In this document: positions 11,979 to 24,230 of the stretch, in pieces | Numbering within the stretch: position 1 is the first letter of the stretch | Layout: every line of letters starts with the position of its first letter | Assembly (NCBI GenBank): GCA_022813965.1 | Contig: JALDZS010000039.1 | Coordinates: 62,001-126,000, forward strand | Source of the DNA: Toensbergia leucococca | Lineage: Eukaryota | Direction of reading: 5' to 3' | Length of the DNA stretch: 64,000 bases | The notes under the pieces: model-generated | Seen by the model: only the letters and a program-made list of their open reading frames with translations | Told to the model about the DNA's origin: nothing | The model's database searches: none | Position numbers and translations under genes: made by a program

Positions 11979-14900
11979 CTCCGAGCGCCAATGTCTTTTT
12001 CCACGGCTTTGTGTCCGGTGGTCACCCCAGGCCGCCTAAATTAGATCAAGAATGGAGAACCCAGCTTGGGTGGTTCTGATAGCTCCCCGCCTCAGAAAAA
12101 TCGTGGCCCAAATGAGGGTACGAGGTCTTGTTGATGATTGTCTATACAATGGTAGGTCTGTGCAGGCTAGCATAAGCTCTGGGGGTCAAAGATGATCTTT
12201 CGAAATCCAGGCCTCATCTAGAGTCTTCTGAGGTTGACGTGCCTAACGCTGAACTCTCTTAAACGGCTTCGAGGTTATTAGAGACCAATTCAGCGTTCAA
12301 GATCCTCAATAAAATGATCATTCGGAAGATTGTCGATCCATAAGCCAGATATCTGTACTGGAGACTGCAGAGACTTGGACCACCAAAATTATGAACGGGC
12401 AGGTCTCGCGCCAGGTGCTGAAATTGGCCACACTTGCGTTTGATTCCAAGGGTCAGGCTGGGCTTGAACTGTGTTGAAGCGAAGGGCCTTTCAAGGGCGA
12501 TAGTCGATGTCTTGGCAACGAGGGCATGAAATCAGCAGGAGATAGGAGGATGCTGTCAAGACTCTTGAAATAGACTGCACTGCCTAAGGTAACGACTGCA
12601 AATCGATGCTGTAATGGGTATGAAAACTTTCACCTTAATCGAATTTTACTCACTGTGACATAGTTCTTGAAATAATTGATGGGAGTCACATATATTTAGG
12701 ACCTTGCCCACGTCCTTCATGCTGGGACTGCTACCCTGCAGTATCTCATCTCCACTTCGCCGTGGGGGTCTCGCAGCAACAAGAACAAGACATGGCTATT
12801 GAATGGCGGTGTAATCAGTTTGACTTGGGTCGAACCTACTTTCAGGGGTAAAGCAGCAGCAACAAGTACAGATTCAAAACTGGCTAACGTGGCTAAGGCT
12901 CAGAAGAAATACCAATATGACGCAGCTGATAACTTCTTGTGTCACCATAGACGGCTTTTCGAACATGCCGCGTTAGCTTGCGGAGGAAACATCAATTGTA
13001 AGTAAGTGTACGCGCTGACTAGGAGGGCTGAATTTGGACAGAGTTTCACACCCCATTACTCTTGCATTAGGTCTGTCACTGTCACTACAGGTGCGCATAA
13101 TGAGTCTTTGCCAGGTGGTGCTCTGTATCCATTCTGCTGTCCACATTGTGTTTCTATATCTCGAGCAAACATACTTGGCTAGAGGTGATGGACTCCAGAG
13201 TGCAATCACCCCGGACCAATGGCGTTACTGTCACCGAGGTTTATAAACTCTCATGGAAGATCGACACTAGAAAAGTGGCACTTTGAATTGTGTCATATCA
13301 ATGGAGGCAAGCTATCCCGCGCGAGCCTATGGTATACCCAATCTTCTAGCACTTAGCCGAGACTTAATGTCTTTGACATTCTTAGGATGGAGGTTAAGGC
13401 TGCAGGATGATGGCGGAGACAGGTTGTTGACGTGACATGATGTATGATTGGCAAGCACGAATGTCACCCGAAATTGGAGTTCAATCTTGTCATTGCGCGC
13501 TTGATGCACGCTATACTGGACGATTGTTGAGCCAGTAAACCTCTGGCTTGACTCCCCTTCAACTACAGAGGGGTGTCACAATTTGAGGGCATATCGTGGA
13601 GAAGGAAGCCCAGCCTTGCAATATCAAGACTGTTCCGGCGGCAGAAGCCTTCTTGGAAATGACAGCCTTCAACTACGGGAAATATACGCTACTTTAACCC
13701 ATTAGGGTTTCCGCTGGGTACCCAAAGTTCCTAACGGCCTACACACCAGTGGTGCGGATAGACTACTGCAGATTTCCGAGAGGTTATTGTTATTCTCCGA
13801 GGCAACGTCTTGTCTTCTTGACCCGAGATATCGGCGCGCTTCCGCCCACATGGTTGTGGCGTGGGGACTTACCGGTGTATTGGATATGCTTTCGACATCT
13901 GAGCATCGGGGAATCAGAGGTTGCATCCGAGGAATCTGCTAATGTCGGGTTGGTTCATCATTCAAGATTTGAGGTGTCGATAGCCTCAAACTGGTGTGGT
14001 GTTAGTAAGTCATCTTCCAAGAGTCCCACCTTTCGTCTCAGCCTTGTTGTCGATCATTAGTATCTCGATGTTGGCCACTCACCGCTACTCCGGACACTAG
14101 TACTTCCGTTCCAGAGGAGTTGTACTGTTTAATATGTAACATAGAGAATCGCGCCCATCGTAAGGTAAGTCATGCGTTGGAAAATGGTGAGGCTGAAGAC
14201 ATTGGGGTATTTACCCCTCCCCTACTTCCGGAGTTCGGCTGCTGCCGTCGTATTTAAGAGAAATATATGGTGCATTGCAAAACACTCGTGATGCTACCAG
14301 GCTCTTCTTCCTGAGACCAAGCGGTGAGAGACTGCAGCGCGGTATGGACACGAAGGTTTTCTTGTTTCATCGTGCCTCTAGACCTGCTAGAGAGGCTCCC
14401 AATTTGAAAGATCTCACCCAGAAGTGCGGCACCTCTGCGATCGACGTGGGTGCCCAGAAAAGAAGTGTGTAGTACCGAGATTACACGGATACGTACCAAT
14501 TTTCAAGTGCCGCAATCCTGCCTCAGGTTCATCTCGATAGACCGCATAGAACAAGCTTTTCAGGTCCATCACGCCTGCATTAGAGGTACCTTAATTTAGT
14601 CCCTCTTGTAGGTCTGCATCACCCCTATCGTTCCCAGTCCCCAAAGCCATGGATTTGGGGAATGTGCTGAGGGTGCATGAGTATCGTTCATTGCTGGATC
14701 GACATGAGAAGCCACGAGATAGGTACTCTCTTGTTGCCTGCCCTGCAGCTCTCAATGAAACCACGCATACCAAGACTGTGGAATTGGGAAATAACCCCAA
14801 GATTGATGAACAAGGGCGGTTTTAGTCGCAGCAATCACATCAACCCTACAGTACGAGTCCTGTTACCCGGTCAGAAAGACTTCGGCCGTAAGCCTTTGGT

Positions 14901-15477
14901 GCCATGCCATTCTTCCAGGAGTGCGGCTCCCGCTGCACTGTATGCTTCCTCACTCATACAAGATACCACGGGAAAGTGTCAATTATCCTTCGCGACATCA
15001 TGTGCGCCCTCGACAATGCCGTTAGGGGGTTAATTCAGCAGTAACCTTGCCTTCGCTCTGCTGCTACCGATTGACGTACATGCTACAGGAATATCTGCGA
15101 TGTGCCAACTCAGCTCACATGTACGCACAGTTCTCGAAACGGTCAAGAGTGTATTGGGAGCTGCATCTGTCGTCGTCGACTCACTGGAGAGAATTGTTTG
15201 ACAGTATAAATGTTCTTGTACAGCTCTAGTAGAGTACAGCTTTGCGCCAGATGACTTTCTCGACCGCTTCCAAAATCCTGCCTCGATCTATAATCCGTGA
15301 CGCCCATAATATATGCTCGTCGTGGAACCTTGGTCCCTGTCTTCGCCCGAGGAAAGCATGCAACCAAGCCAGCAGACATGGTGCTACAACGGATCGCTCG
15401 AAAATACACAAACAATACTAAAACACAAACCAGAGATAACCATCGTCGACTGAATACGGTTTTCTACATACCTTGCG

Positions 15478-16887
15478 TTAACGTGTTTTCTCCTTGCCTT
15501 CAAAGGTTTTTGACACGTCATTCTTCCACTCTACTACCGACATCCTCTTCGCTGGATCCTTCTCCACCCCTCCTCTCAACGCTCGCTCGACGAGTTTCCC
15601 CTTCATAACTCGAGATGCCTCGTTCCCCATCCTCGCAAATTCGAACGGCCGCCCCTCCTTTGCAAATCCCAACTTCTGGATATCGTTCCGAACTATAGCA
15701 TATGGACTATCCCCTATGGCCGCGACAAGTAGCGTGACGGCTAGCGCAAATACGTCTGAAGCAAAAGTCACAACGGCACGGTCTCCTCTGCGCCGGTAAA
15801 ATGATTCGAGAAGTTCGGGGGAGCTATAATCAGGCGTGACGCCGCTACTCTCTTCGATGTCATCGGGCCGTTTCGACATTATATGAGAAGAAGAGAAATC
15901 GCAGTATATAGGCTGCATATGGCCATCCTCAGTGATCGATCGGAGTAGGATATTGGCAGGTTTTATATCGCCATGAACGCATTGCCTATCGTGGAGATAT
16001 GCTAGACCACTGATGAGTCGCTCAGCGAGATGCGACCATTCTGAAATGCCAACAACGGGATCGAACATGGTCTTTCCAGAGAGGTTGGCCCTGGCCCTGT
16101 TACCAGCTGATCTTGCATAGGTGTCTAGACTTGTGGGTACGGCATCAAGGACAATGGAATGCTGAGGTTCGTCGTAACCATAGAATGCGACCAGATGGTC
16201 TGTTGCGTGAGGATATTGGTGAAGGTAGGTAAGTATACGAGCTTCTTCCTCCAAAATTTTATGGGCATCCCGTCGTGTGGGAGCCTTGATTGCTAGCGTA
16301 TCCTTGATATGCGCCGAGGCGAAGGCGAGATTGTTCGTGGGTGAGTTTGGTGGAGTTGGTAAGCCGGGTGGTGTTACAGCAGTGGTCGATTCAACGGCAC
16401 GATATACTACACTCCATGCTCCTCGACCGTACTCTTGATATCCCGAGGATGCAGGACCTCTTAGAAGCTGGTATTTTTTAGTGCATATTCGTGGCGTAGT
16501 CTCTTCCCAACTGCACTCTTGATTTGGATTTTTCTCAGATTCGCTCGTCCTTTTCTTCGTTGCACCCAAGCTCAATGGCGCATCTACAGTATTCGTCTCA
16601 CCCAGGCTCATGCCCCGGAATTGGGTCACGTCGAAAATCAAAGCAGGCGTCTCATTCCTCGCCTTCAATGGCGTTGTTGGCGGTGTGAGTGGGTCGGTCG
16701 CTTCCGGGGACTTCAAGAGACAAGTTGAGGGATCTTGCAGTGATGGATGTAAGCTGGAGGTAGTAATGCGTGTTGGTCGTTTGTTCAGTGGAGCTGAAGG
16801 GATTGCTTGGAGCGGCTCCCGTGACTTGCTCCGGTTGGACATTTGAGCCTCGTTCGTCATGCGGGTCGTTTCCTCTGCCGCTGACAT
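15478..16887 (-). CDS. Ser/Thr protein kinase-like protein with non-canonical DFS/SPE motifs, intronless, 469 aa
   Basis: G-loop YGRGAWSVVY, LAIK lysine, helix-C Glu (EEEARIL), HGDIKPANILL, CDFSSS, YSSPE, SDVFALAV. Confidence 0.9.
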   Translation of the reverse strand: MSAAEETTRMTNEAQMSNRSKSREPLQAIPSAPLNKRPTRITTSSLHPSLQDPSTCLLKSPEATDPLTPPTTPLKARNETPALIFDVTQFRGMSLGETNTVDAPLSLGATKKRTSESEKNPNQECSWEETTPRICTKKYQLLRGPASSGYQEYGRGAWSVVYRAVESTTAVTPPGLPTPPNSPTNNLAFASAHIKDTLAIKAPTRRDAHKILEEEARILTYLHQYPHATDHLVAFYGYDEPQHSIVLDAVPTSLDTYARSAGNRARANLSGKTMFDPVVGISEWSHLAERLISGLAYLHDRQCVHGDIKPANILLRSITEDGHMQPIYCDFSSSHIMSKRPDDIEESSGVTPDYSSPELLESFYRRRGDRAVVTFASDVFALAVTLLVAAIGDSPYAIVRNDIQKLGFAKEGRPFEFARMGNEASRVMKGKLVERALRGGVEKDPAKRMSVVEWKNDVSKTFEGKEKTR

Positions 16888-17218
16888 TTTGATTGTAAGC
16901 GCCGATGGAAATTAGGTAGACGGGTAGTTATCGTAGATTTGCTGATGGATTACCGAGTATCCTGAAACGTTGTAGATAGGTACGGAGTATGATAAAGTAA
17001 GGTAGGGACTTATCGAGAATTTAGCGTCGCGTCATTTACTTGGTATCAGATGAATTGGAAAGATTGGAAGAGTCGAAGTCAGCAATCCTTCCGAAGAAAC
17101 GGTGGCCTATTTATAAAAGATCAGTCGTGAGACCGAGTCGCAAAATAAAATTTTAGGATTCCTCAAAGGGTGTAATGTAAAATCAAGGTTCATTCCCATC
17201 CAGTGCCAGGCACATGCG

Positions 17219-17238
17219 TGCGTGTGTGTGTGTGTGTA
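17219..17238. repeat. (TG)n microsatellite upstream of the kinase
   Basis: tgcgtgtgtgtgtgtgtgta. Confidence 0.8.
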
Positions 17239-18211
17239 TGTGATGTCGATTTTTCCGTCGGCCCCAAAGGGTAATATCCAATCTCCACTTTTTCGGGACA
17301 AGATATCAAACCCAAACGTCTCTGGAAAGAAAATCCTTTTTTGGCTTTTGTTCAAACTCCAACCTTCTTGGGCCCTCCCAAAGTCCAGGTAAGTACCTCT
17401 TTTGAGTTGGGTCGCTCAGCCACACCGACGGGCTCTTTTTTTTTGCTTTTGCTTTCCTTTTTTTTGGGCTTGCGAGGGTCGTTTGGGGATCTATTCTATC
17501 TAGCTCGTATGGGATTTTGCTATCTTGGCATGCGCGTCGAATAGAACCTTTGTTTTTGCTTGCACACAGGGCAGAAACGGAATCGTATCATCTCATGCTG
17601 GCTGTGATGCATCAGAAGTTTGTTGCCTGCTGTTGTTGTTGCATTGCGTATCATGTGATGGAAGAAAACGTGGCCGATGAGGGGAAAATCATTGGATCTG
17701 TTTTCATTTAATTGCTCATGCGCCTGCGAGTGATGTTCTGCACAGGCATCAGGAGAACTGCTTATTCGTACGAGGGAGATTCTTCTTCCTACTCTACTCG
17801 CACTGGTACATTTGTGTTGTTGCAATGACGTATGCTAGGGTGTCATCGGCTTGTCATTCTTGCATTAGGGTTATTCGGTACATTGAATTCAGGGTCAAAG
17901 GGTCCTCGGTCCCATAAGGTAAGGCTTTGGGATCTAGCCGGCCCTAATGCACTGGTTCCCCTATCGTAACTACAATGTCCTCATTCGACTTGTGATCTCT
18001 CCACGTCTCGTGCGGCATGCCAATCCCACTCATGAGCATGCTGCCAACAACTCATCATGAGCTTGATCTCATATTCTCTCACAAGCATCAAACGGTCATC
18101 AAGCCGCTCGTAGAAAATATCTCTCAAAAGCAGTGAAAATGAAGGAAAGGCCACCAAAATGACGGAATCAATCGTGCAACTCCCACTACTTATTTCAACC
18201 CTCTCATGTGA

Positions 18212-19854
18212 TTACTGCCTACCGCGACAATCGCCTAGTTGAACTGATGCCTTTTGAACGTACCTAGTCAATTCACTATTGTTAGCAACAACGTCCTTAC
18301 ACGTTTGCACAATGGCAAAGACACTTCCATGACTGCAGTTTACTTACGAGTCTGTTATGGTGACCAGGACTTGTTTTACCAGCCTAGCCTTGTGAAGAAC
18401 CGATTTCCACTCCTCACATTCCCACTCTTTTGCTATCCTCGTCCGCCTCCGCATTCCATTTGGGTCTAGGCCGAGCGCCTTCATGTTTTCTACTACTGAC
18501 CTTGCCCAATACTCTGTATTCAATTTTTCAAAGATTAATCCACTGAAGATATCATCCTGCCAACTCGATTCTCGTCTGTTGTCCGCCCACAGCTTAGGTT
18601 GTATTGTCTCTGGATTACGTCCTTGTTCTATCCTGTGGTAGGCTTCGGTGGCGCGTTTGAGCTGATGATCAAGCCAACCAATCCACATGGACAAAACAAA
18701 CTTCCTACACCATTGAGTGCAACTGGCTGGGTCAGTGGTGACTTTAAAGTGATTCTCCTCCTGCAATTCCGCTAGGACCCTATTAAACAAGGAACTCCAG
18801 CATTGGCGAAATTCCGGAGCGGTCCACAATTTAGGATCCCAGGGTAGAATACCTCGCGAGTCCTGTGGAGGATATCGAGGTTCCACTCGACCATCGCGCC
18901 GAGGATTAAAGTCAAGTTGGCAAGGGTTGGAATTGAAGCAAGCCTCAGCGCCACAGATAGCCTCGTGACAAAATGAGGGAAAGCTATTTTAAGATAAAGG
19001 AGGATCAACTAGGAGAATCCCTGGGAAAGAACTCAGCTACAGGCTGGAGAAGCCATCGGAGAGCAAGGACGTACCAATCCAACCAGAATCTTCCTCGTGG
19101 CTCCAGAAAGACAACAGCTGATCAGAACTTTCCAATCTTGTTGCTAACATCTCATAAACCTCATTTGCCTCACTCCCCATGGTCGTGTCTAGTCGTCGGT
19201 CGACATGGCTGTCTAGTTTAAGATGCCTATCTTTGAATCCTTTGAACGATTCACGAGGTGCTATGCGGTGTAGGTGTGGATAACGGAGCATGAACCGGTT
19301 CCGACATTCCTGGCCAAGGGGAATTCGATCACTGAGTGGGCGATTTTGCCATGGAACCTCGTAGTGGGCCGCGAAGAAAGACGGCGGTACACGAAATCGA
19401 CTTCCCAATACGTCGACAAACCCCACCGATAGGTCTTCCATAACCACCAAACGTCGGCCAGGAACGAGGTAAGTAGGTGTCTCCCAAACAGAATTTGCGT
19501 CGAGGTGACTCCGCATATGTTCAGAATCTGTGAAGACAGTCGTGGATGTGTCTCCGTTGTCTTTAAACTCCACCATTGCAGCTCTTCCCATTTCTTTGCT
19601 TTGACGTTTCAAATTTTCAAGAAAGAAAGAGGAGTCTCGACTCAAGGTTGAATTCCTCAGATTCCGATACGCCTGTCTGGCTACATCCTCTGTATGAGAA
19701 ACATGTTAGCTTGGACCAGCGTAGGTCATGAAGTGACCGCGGCGATCTTCTACCTACCTTCTGGTCGATATTCATCGTTTTCGGATGGTAGTTGTTCTTC
19801 TATGCCTTCGGGAACGGATGACCCGATCGGCAAGATCTCATCCTCATTCGACAT
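18212..19854 (-). pseudogene. Disrupted fungal CorA-like (Mg2+ transporter superfamily-associated) gene
   Basis: ATG 19854 with clean introns at 19690-19757, 19021-19074 and 18264-18347. The motifs RRLVVMEDLSVGFVDVLGSRFRVPPSFFAAHY and GWIGILLVDPPL resemble fungal CorA-like proteins. An in-frame TAA sits at 18989-18991 with the frame continuing afterwards, and a second stop at 18212-18214 precedes any intact TM segment. Confidence 0.6.
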
Positions 19855-21395
19855 GGTTACCACAAACTCGTCCAGTTCCTGTGAGTCCTCCTAATCTAAG
19901 GAGGCTCGGGTTAAGGTAAGGTTGTTCAAGTAAGAATCCTTATGTTGAAAGCAATGAGGACACGGTGAAGATGCAATCCAAAGTTCCGAGCGAAAATAAG
20001 AGCTTGAGATTAAGGCAGCCGTTGGTTTTGGAGACTGATGCAGTACTCAATGGATGTTTTGGTAAAGTACTTGATTACAATGGTATGTTGTTGTGTATTG
20101 ACAACACGACCAAAAGATCATTCGTTGCACTCTTGGCTCTGTATCCACCCAGGGAAGGTATTACTCACGAGTTTAAACTACCCTCAATCAACACCAGGCA
20201 AACTCGGAAGCCGCGACCTTGGATTCCGTTGAGTGACAATACTGATTGCAGCTCACCAATAGCAACCCACTTGAAATCCCGCAGCATACATTGACACACG
20301 TACAGAGAAAAAGCTCTTTCGAGCAAAGAGCTTCGACACCTCTCCCACCGCCTAGCAAACTAGTTCCCTTATCATCAGAAGGCCTAGATCGTCAATTTCT
20401 TCCCCAATATGACACTCGCCACAAACCCGCATTCAACCACAGCAATACCAAAAAAAGTCAAAACATACAACCCCGTCCACCATTTCCTCAACTCCCATCT
20501 ATAAAAATCCACACCATGAACTCCCTCATCATGAGTAGGTAGATGAGATACCTCATAGGCAAGACAAAACCCTCTCTCAACTGATACAAACCGTCACATT
20601 CAGGACCCCCCAAAATCCCTTCCCAGTTTCAGCACAAAACACCTCGAAAAAGCCGGGTCAATATCACATATGCCCACAATCACACGGCCAAAGCATTCAC
20701 ACATCCGACAAAAAAAAAGAACGAGGTAATCAGAATTGTCTTATTAAGCATAATACCACCCCCTCCCCAAGCGGGGGGGGGGCAGTAGCTAAGAACCCCT
20801 AGCCCAAGAAGCGAAAAAAAAAACATTGAAAAACAAGGGCGGCCCAATAAGAAACGAAAAAGCAGCCCTGCCTGAGATGCCAAAAAAAAGCCATAACAAA
20901 GGGGGTGCGGGTGGGGCACGTATTTCCAGTAATTACTCATACCCATAAAGTGAAAGAAAAAAAAGGAAAAGAAAAAAAGATTGGTATCCGCAGAATCCCG
21001 CTCAGAATACAAGAGCGAAAAGCCATCCGGGCAAATGCGATCGTCGGCAGGTTATAACGAACTACCAAGGTGAAAGCGACAGAGCAAAAAAAAATTTGTC
21101 AAAAATTGACACCGGAGAAGAGTTTCCAACAACCTGAAGGCCCAAAGCAAAGATAAATACAACTCCCCATAACCGCCGAAAACACAAAAAGGAGCCAAAA
21201 AAGCCCCCTTGAGCAAACGCATCTCCTCCCACGGGTATCTTCAGTCTCACATGACAAACACATCGCAAAAAATCCGTAAAGTTCGTCAAGTCGTCAGGCT
21301 TCAATCGTTCTGGGTATCTTTCTCGCATCATTTCGTTCTCTCCTGGGTAAATTGGATAAATAATGCATAGCTTTGAATCAGAATGGTTGGCTCTC

Positions 21396-23666
21396 TCAAG
21401 GCCGGAGAGGCGTGGGAGCCTTCTCTTCGCTCGTTGCAACAGCGACGAGCGCATCGAGGCCGCTCATGTCATTGTCTTTCGGCATGATGTGCTGGGGGAT
21501 AGATCCCGCACTTGACCCTGGAGTTATTGGGTAAGACGCAGTTTGAGCAGTTCCAATAGCATAATTCTGCAGGGAATATAAGCTGCAGGCTTATTGCCAC
21601 ATTAATCAGGATCAAAACATACGTTATGTGCCGCAGCAGCTGCCACTCCAGCGTGATTTGTCTCGATGTAGCCATTACTGTGCACAATAGAAGGATGGTA
21701 TTCGGCCGAAGAAGTTGAAGGTGTCGGTACACCATCACTACTGCTGGAATCTTCTGGCGAGGTTCTCTGCGCGACAATGGCCTGCTGAGCGTTAGGCAAG
21801 GGCCCGTTGTACCAACCTTGCCGCTTAATCTTATTGGGTGTTGGAGGTTGTAGATTTGCATGCTCGGCTGGACGCTTCTGCGACTCCTGATGACCAAAAC
21901 GGAAAGTTTGTTTGGCAGGATAAGACAATGGTATAGAAGGGTTAGTGGCAGCATTTTGAATTTCAGCAATGGTCTGTTGACCCCAAAGGCCTGCATCTCT
22001 TGGAGGTGTCCCGTTTGCGATATCTAATTTGGTCAGATTTCGATGGAGTGACATATCCCAAGACGCATGTCCCCGACGATCATTAGGTCCAGACGGTTCA
22101 GAGGCTCCGGGGTATATCGGTGGTCTACTCGGCGTATCGACTTGCATAGGACTCGCTCCACGATGTGGGGGCGTGACAGGAAGACGAGGTATCTGATCAA
22201 AGGTCTCAATACCTGGCAATCGCTTTGGCTGACTCGCTGCCGCCGCAGCTTGCGGGGCAAACGCTGGCTGGGGAGCATCCGGGGTTTGGTAGTAGCTGAG
22301 TCCACTGGTCGCTGGCCGAGAGTAGTTGGAATACGTAGTTGGATGCCATGTACGCCTTCTCCATTCAGCTTCAGCAGCTACGGCTGAATCGTGTCTGGAA
22401 TAAGAGTAAGTTGAACTGGTGGGACTACCAAGAAGACTGCTGTTGCTCGAATTCATAGAGCCATGTGAGGGAGTGAGAGGGCTTAGATATGGTGGCGGGA
22501 AAGTGTTGCCATGAGGAGATTGAAACGGATTTGCTCCCGAAGGTACAGAAAGCCTTCGACCTGGTGTTCTACCTCCCCAAAGCCCGAGGCTACGAGATGC
22601 AGTGGATATTGGAGACCCGAGTGAAGAGCCGTACCCTGGGCTGCTGGGTCCATTAGAGAACGTTGTCGAGGTCGGTGTGCTGATGTCTCCACTAGGAGAG
22701 TCTTTTGAATACGCATAATGTGTGGGTGGCGTTGATTGCTGTGACCTTAGGGTGTCAAGGGTCAGTCTAGTCCTTGCTGTAGGATCACTCGCCATCATAA
22801 GAGGCTGTGGCCGGCGTCGGCCATCATCTCTACTAGCCGTAGAAGTTGTGGATCCGATACTTGAAGAGGACAAATTGCGGCTGTGTCCTCTGCCATGGCT
22901 CCCCTGGCGACTAAGAGTCGAAGTATGGGGTCGGCCGGCGGGTGTTCTCACACGATCTGTCCGGATCTGGCGCTGAAAGCGAGTGCCAGTCGCTGCAAGA
23001 GAATCTCCTGGTATCTCTTCGTTGACATGTACGGTCTGCGCATGCTGACGTAGATTGTCGAGTCGAGAGAACCTTCGGGCGCAATGACATTGAAAGGGTC
23101 GTTCTCCGGTGTGTTTTCTACACGAAATCAGTCAGGATCTTGGTACTGACAAAGATCGAACTGTATTACCTTATATGCCTTGCAAGGTGCTCGCTTCTGG
23201 TGAAGCTCAAATTACATGGAGGGAACTCGGTGCAAAAGAATCTCTGGCCTTTCTTTTTCTTCGACGGCCTGCCTGTCTCAGCGTCTATGCTTTCAGCATC
23301 GGAGCCTCCTTCCCCATCGTCCGAGCCCTCCATGTCCATATCTATGTCTTGAGAACCTGATGATTGGGCAGAGCGATGTGAGCTCTCGCGAGATAGCACA
23401 CCAGGCTCTGATGTCGGAAGATTTTGCTGAGAGGAGGTAAATGAGCCGCTAAAAGGCGAACTTGGCAAGGGTCTTTGTCCATTGATACCTCCAAAAGTGT
23501 GCCTCGTAGGTGTGATCGGTGTCGAGTCTTCGGTCATGGGAACAGAAGCAAAGTTTGATCGGGGTGGACTAGCCAATGGCGCTCGAGGGGTTGTGGGTGT
23601 TGTGGCTTCAGGTGGGTAATCCTTAGGCGCTAGGCCAACGTTGACAGAAAGGAAGGTAGTAGTCAT
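21396..23666 (-). CDS. nsdC: C2H2 zinc-finger transcription factor, NsdC / yeast Usv1-Rgm1 type; 3 exons, ~720 aa
   Basis: Introns at 23118-23169 and 21567-21622. Zinc fingers [64 protein letters not shown], conserved WRRRTWHP and C-terminal [11 protein letters not shown]. The symbol is from recollection of the family, not a search. Confidence 0.88.
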
Positions 23667-24185
23667 GATATTTGCCTCGAGGGATACCGAGACTCAGATC
23701 GAACGATCTAGACTGCCTGACGTTGGTACAGGGGAAAGCAACGAAGCGACAGTATCGCTGGACCGGTATAATTCGAGGTGGTCAAACAGATGTCGAAGGG
23801 TGTCGTACTCGTTTAGAGTCCGTCGTCAACAACATCAGGTCTAGGCGGCCTGACGAGGCTAGACTTCTGATTTGCCCGATGGACGTTGTACTTAGTCGAG
23901 TGAGATATTTAGTCGTAAGATCGGGTGAGCGCAAGTATAAGAAACGGATTTGATAAAACAAGTGATGATTTGAAGGTCCATCAGTTGCCAATATGGATAT
24001 TCTGATGTCTTTGAAGGACCCCACTTCTCGGAATATCAAGGAGCAAGGTTGCTTGTCGCTCGACCGGAGTTAGTAAAGCGATAGGACAAGAAGATGAACG
24101 GACAGAATACAGCGGAAGAACAGCGCGAACAGTATGTCATAGCATGATGAGGAATGTGATGGCGACAAGGCCGAGGAGGGTCAAA

Positions 24186-24230
24186 AAGAAGAAGAAGAAG
24201 AAGAAGAAGAAGAAGAAGAAGAAGAAGAAG
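24186..24230. repeat. (AAG)15 microsatellite; a (CTT)n pyrimidine tract on the nsdC sense strand
   Basis: Perfect aag repeats ~520 bp upstream of the nsdC ATG. Confidence 0.95.
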
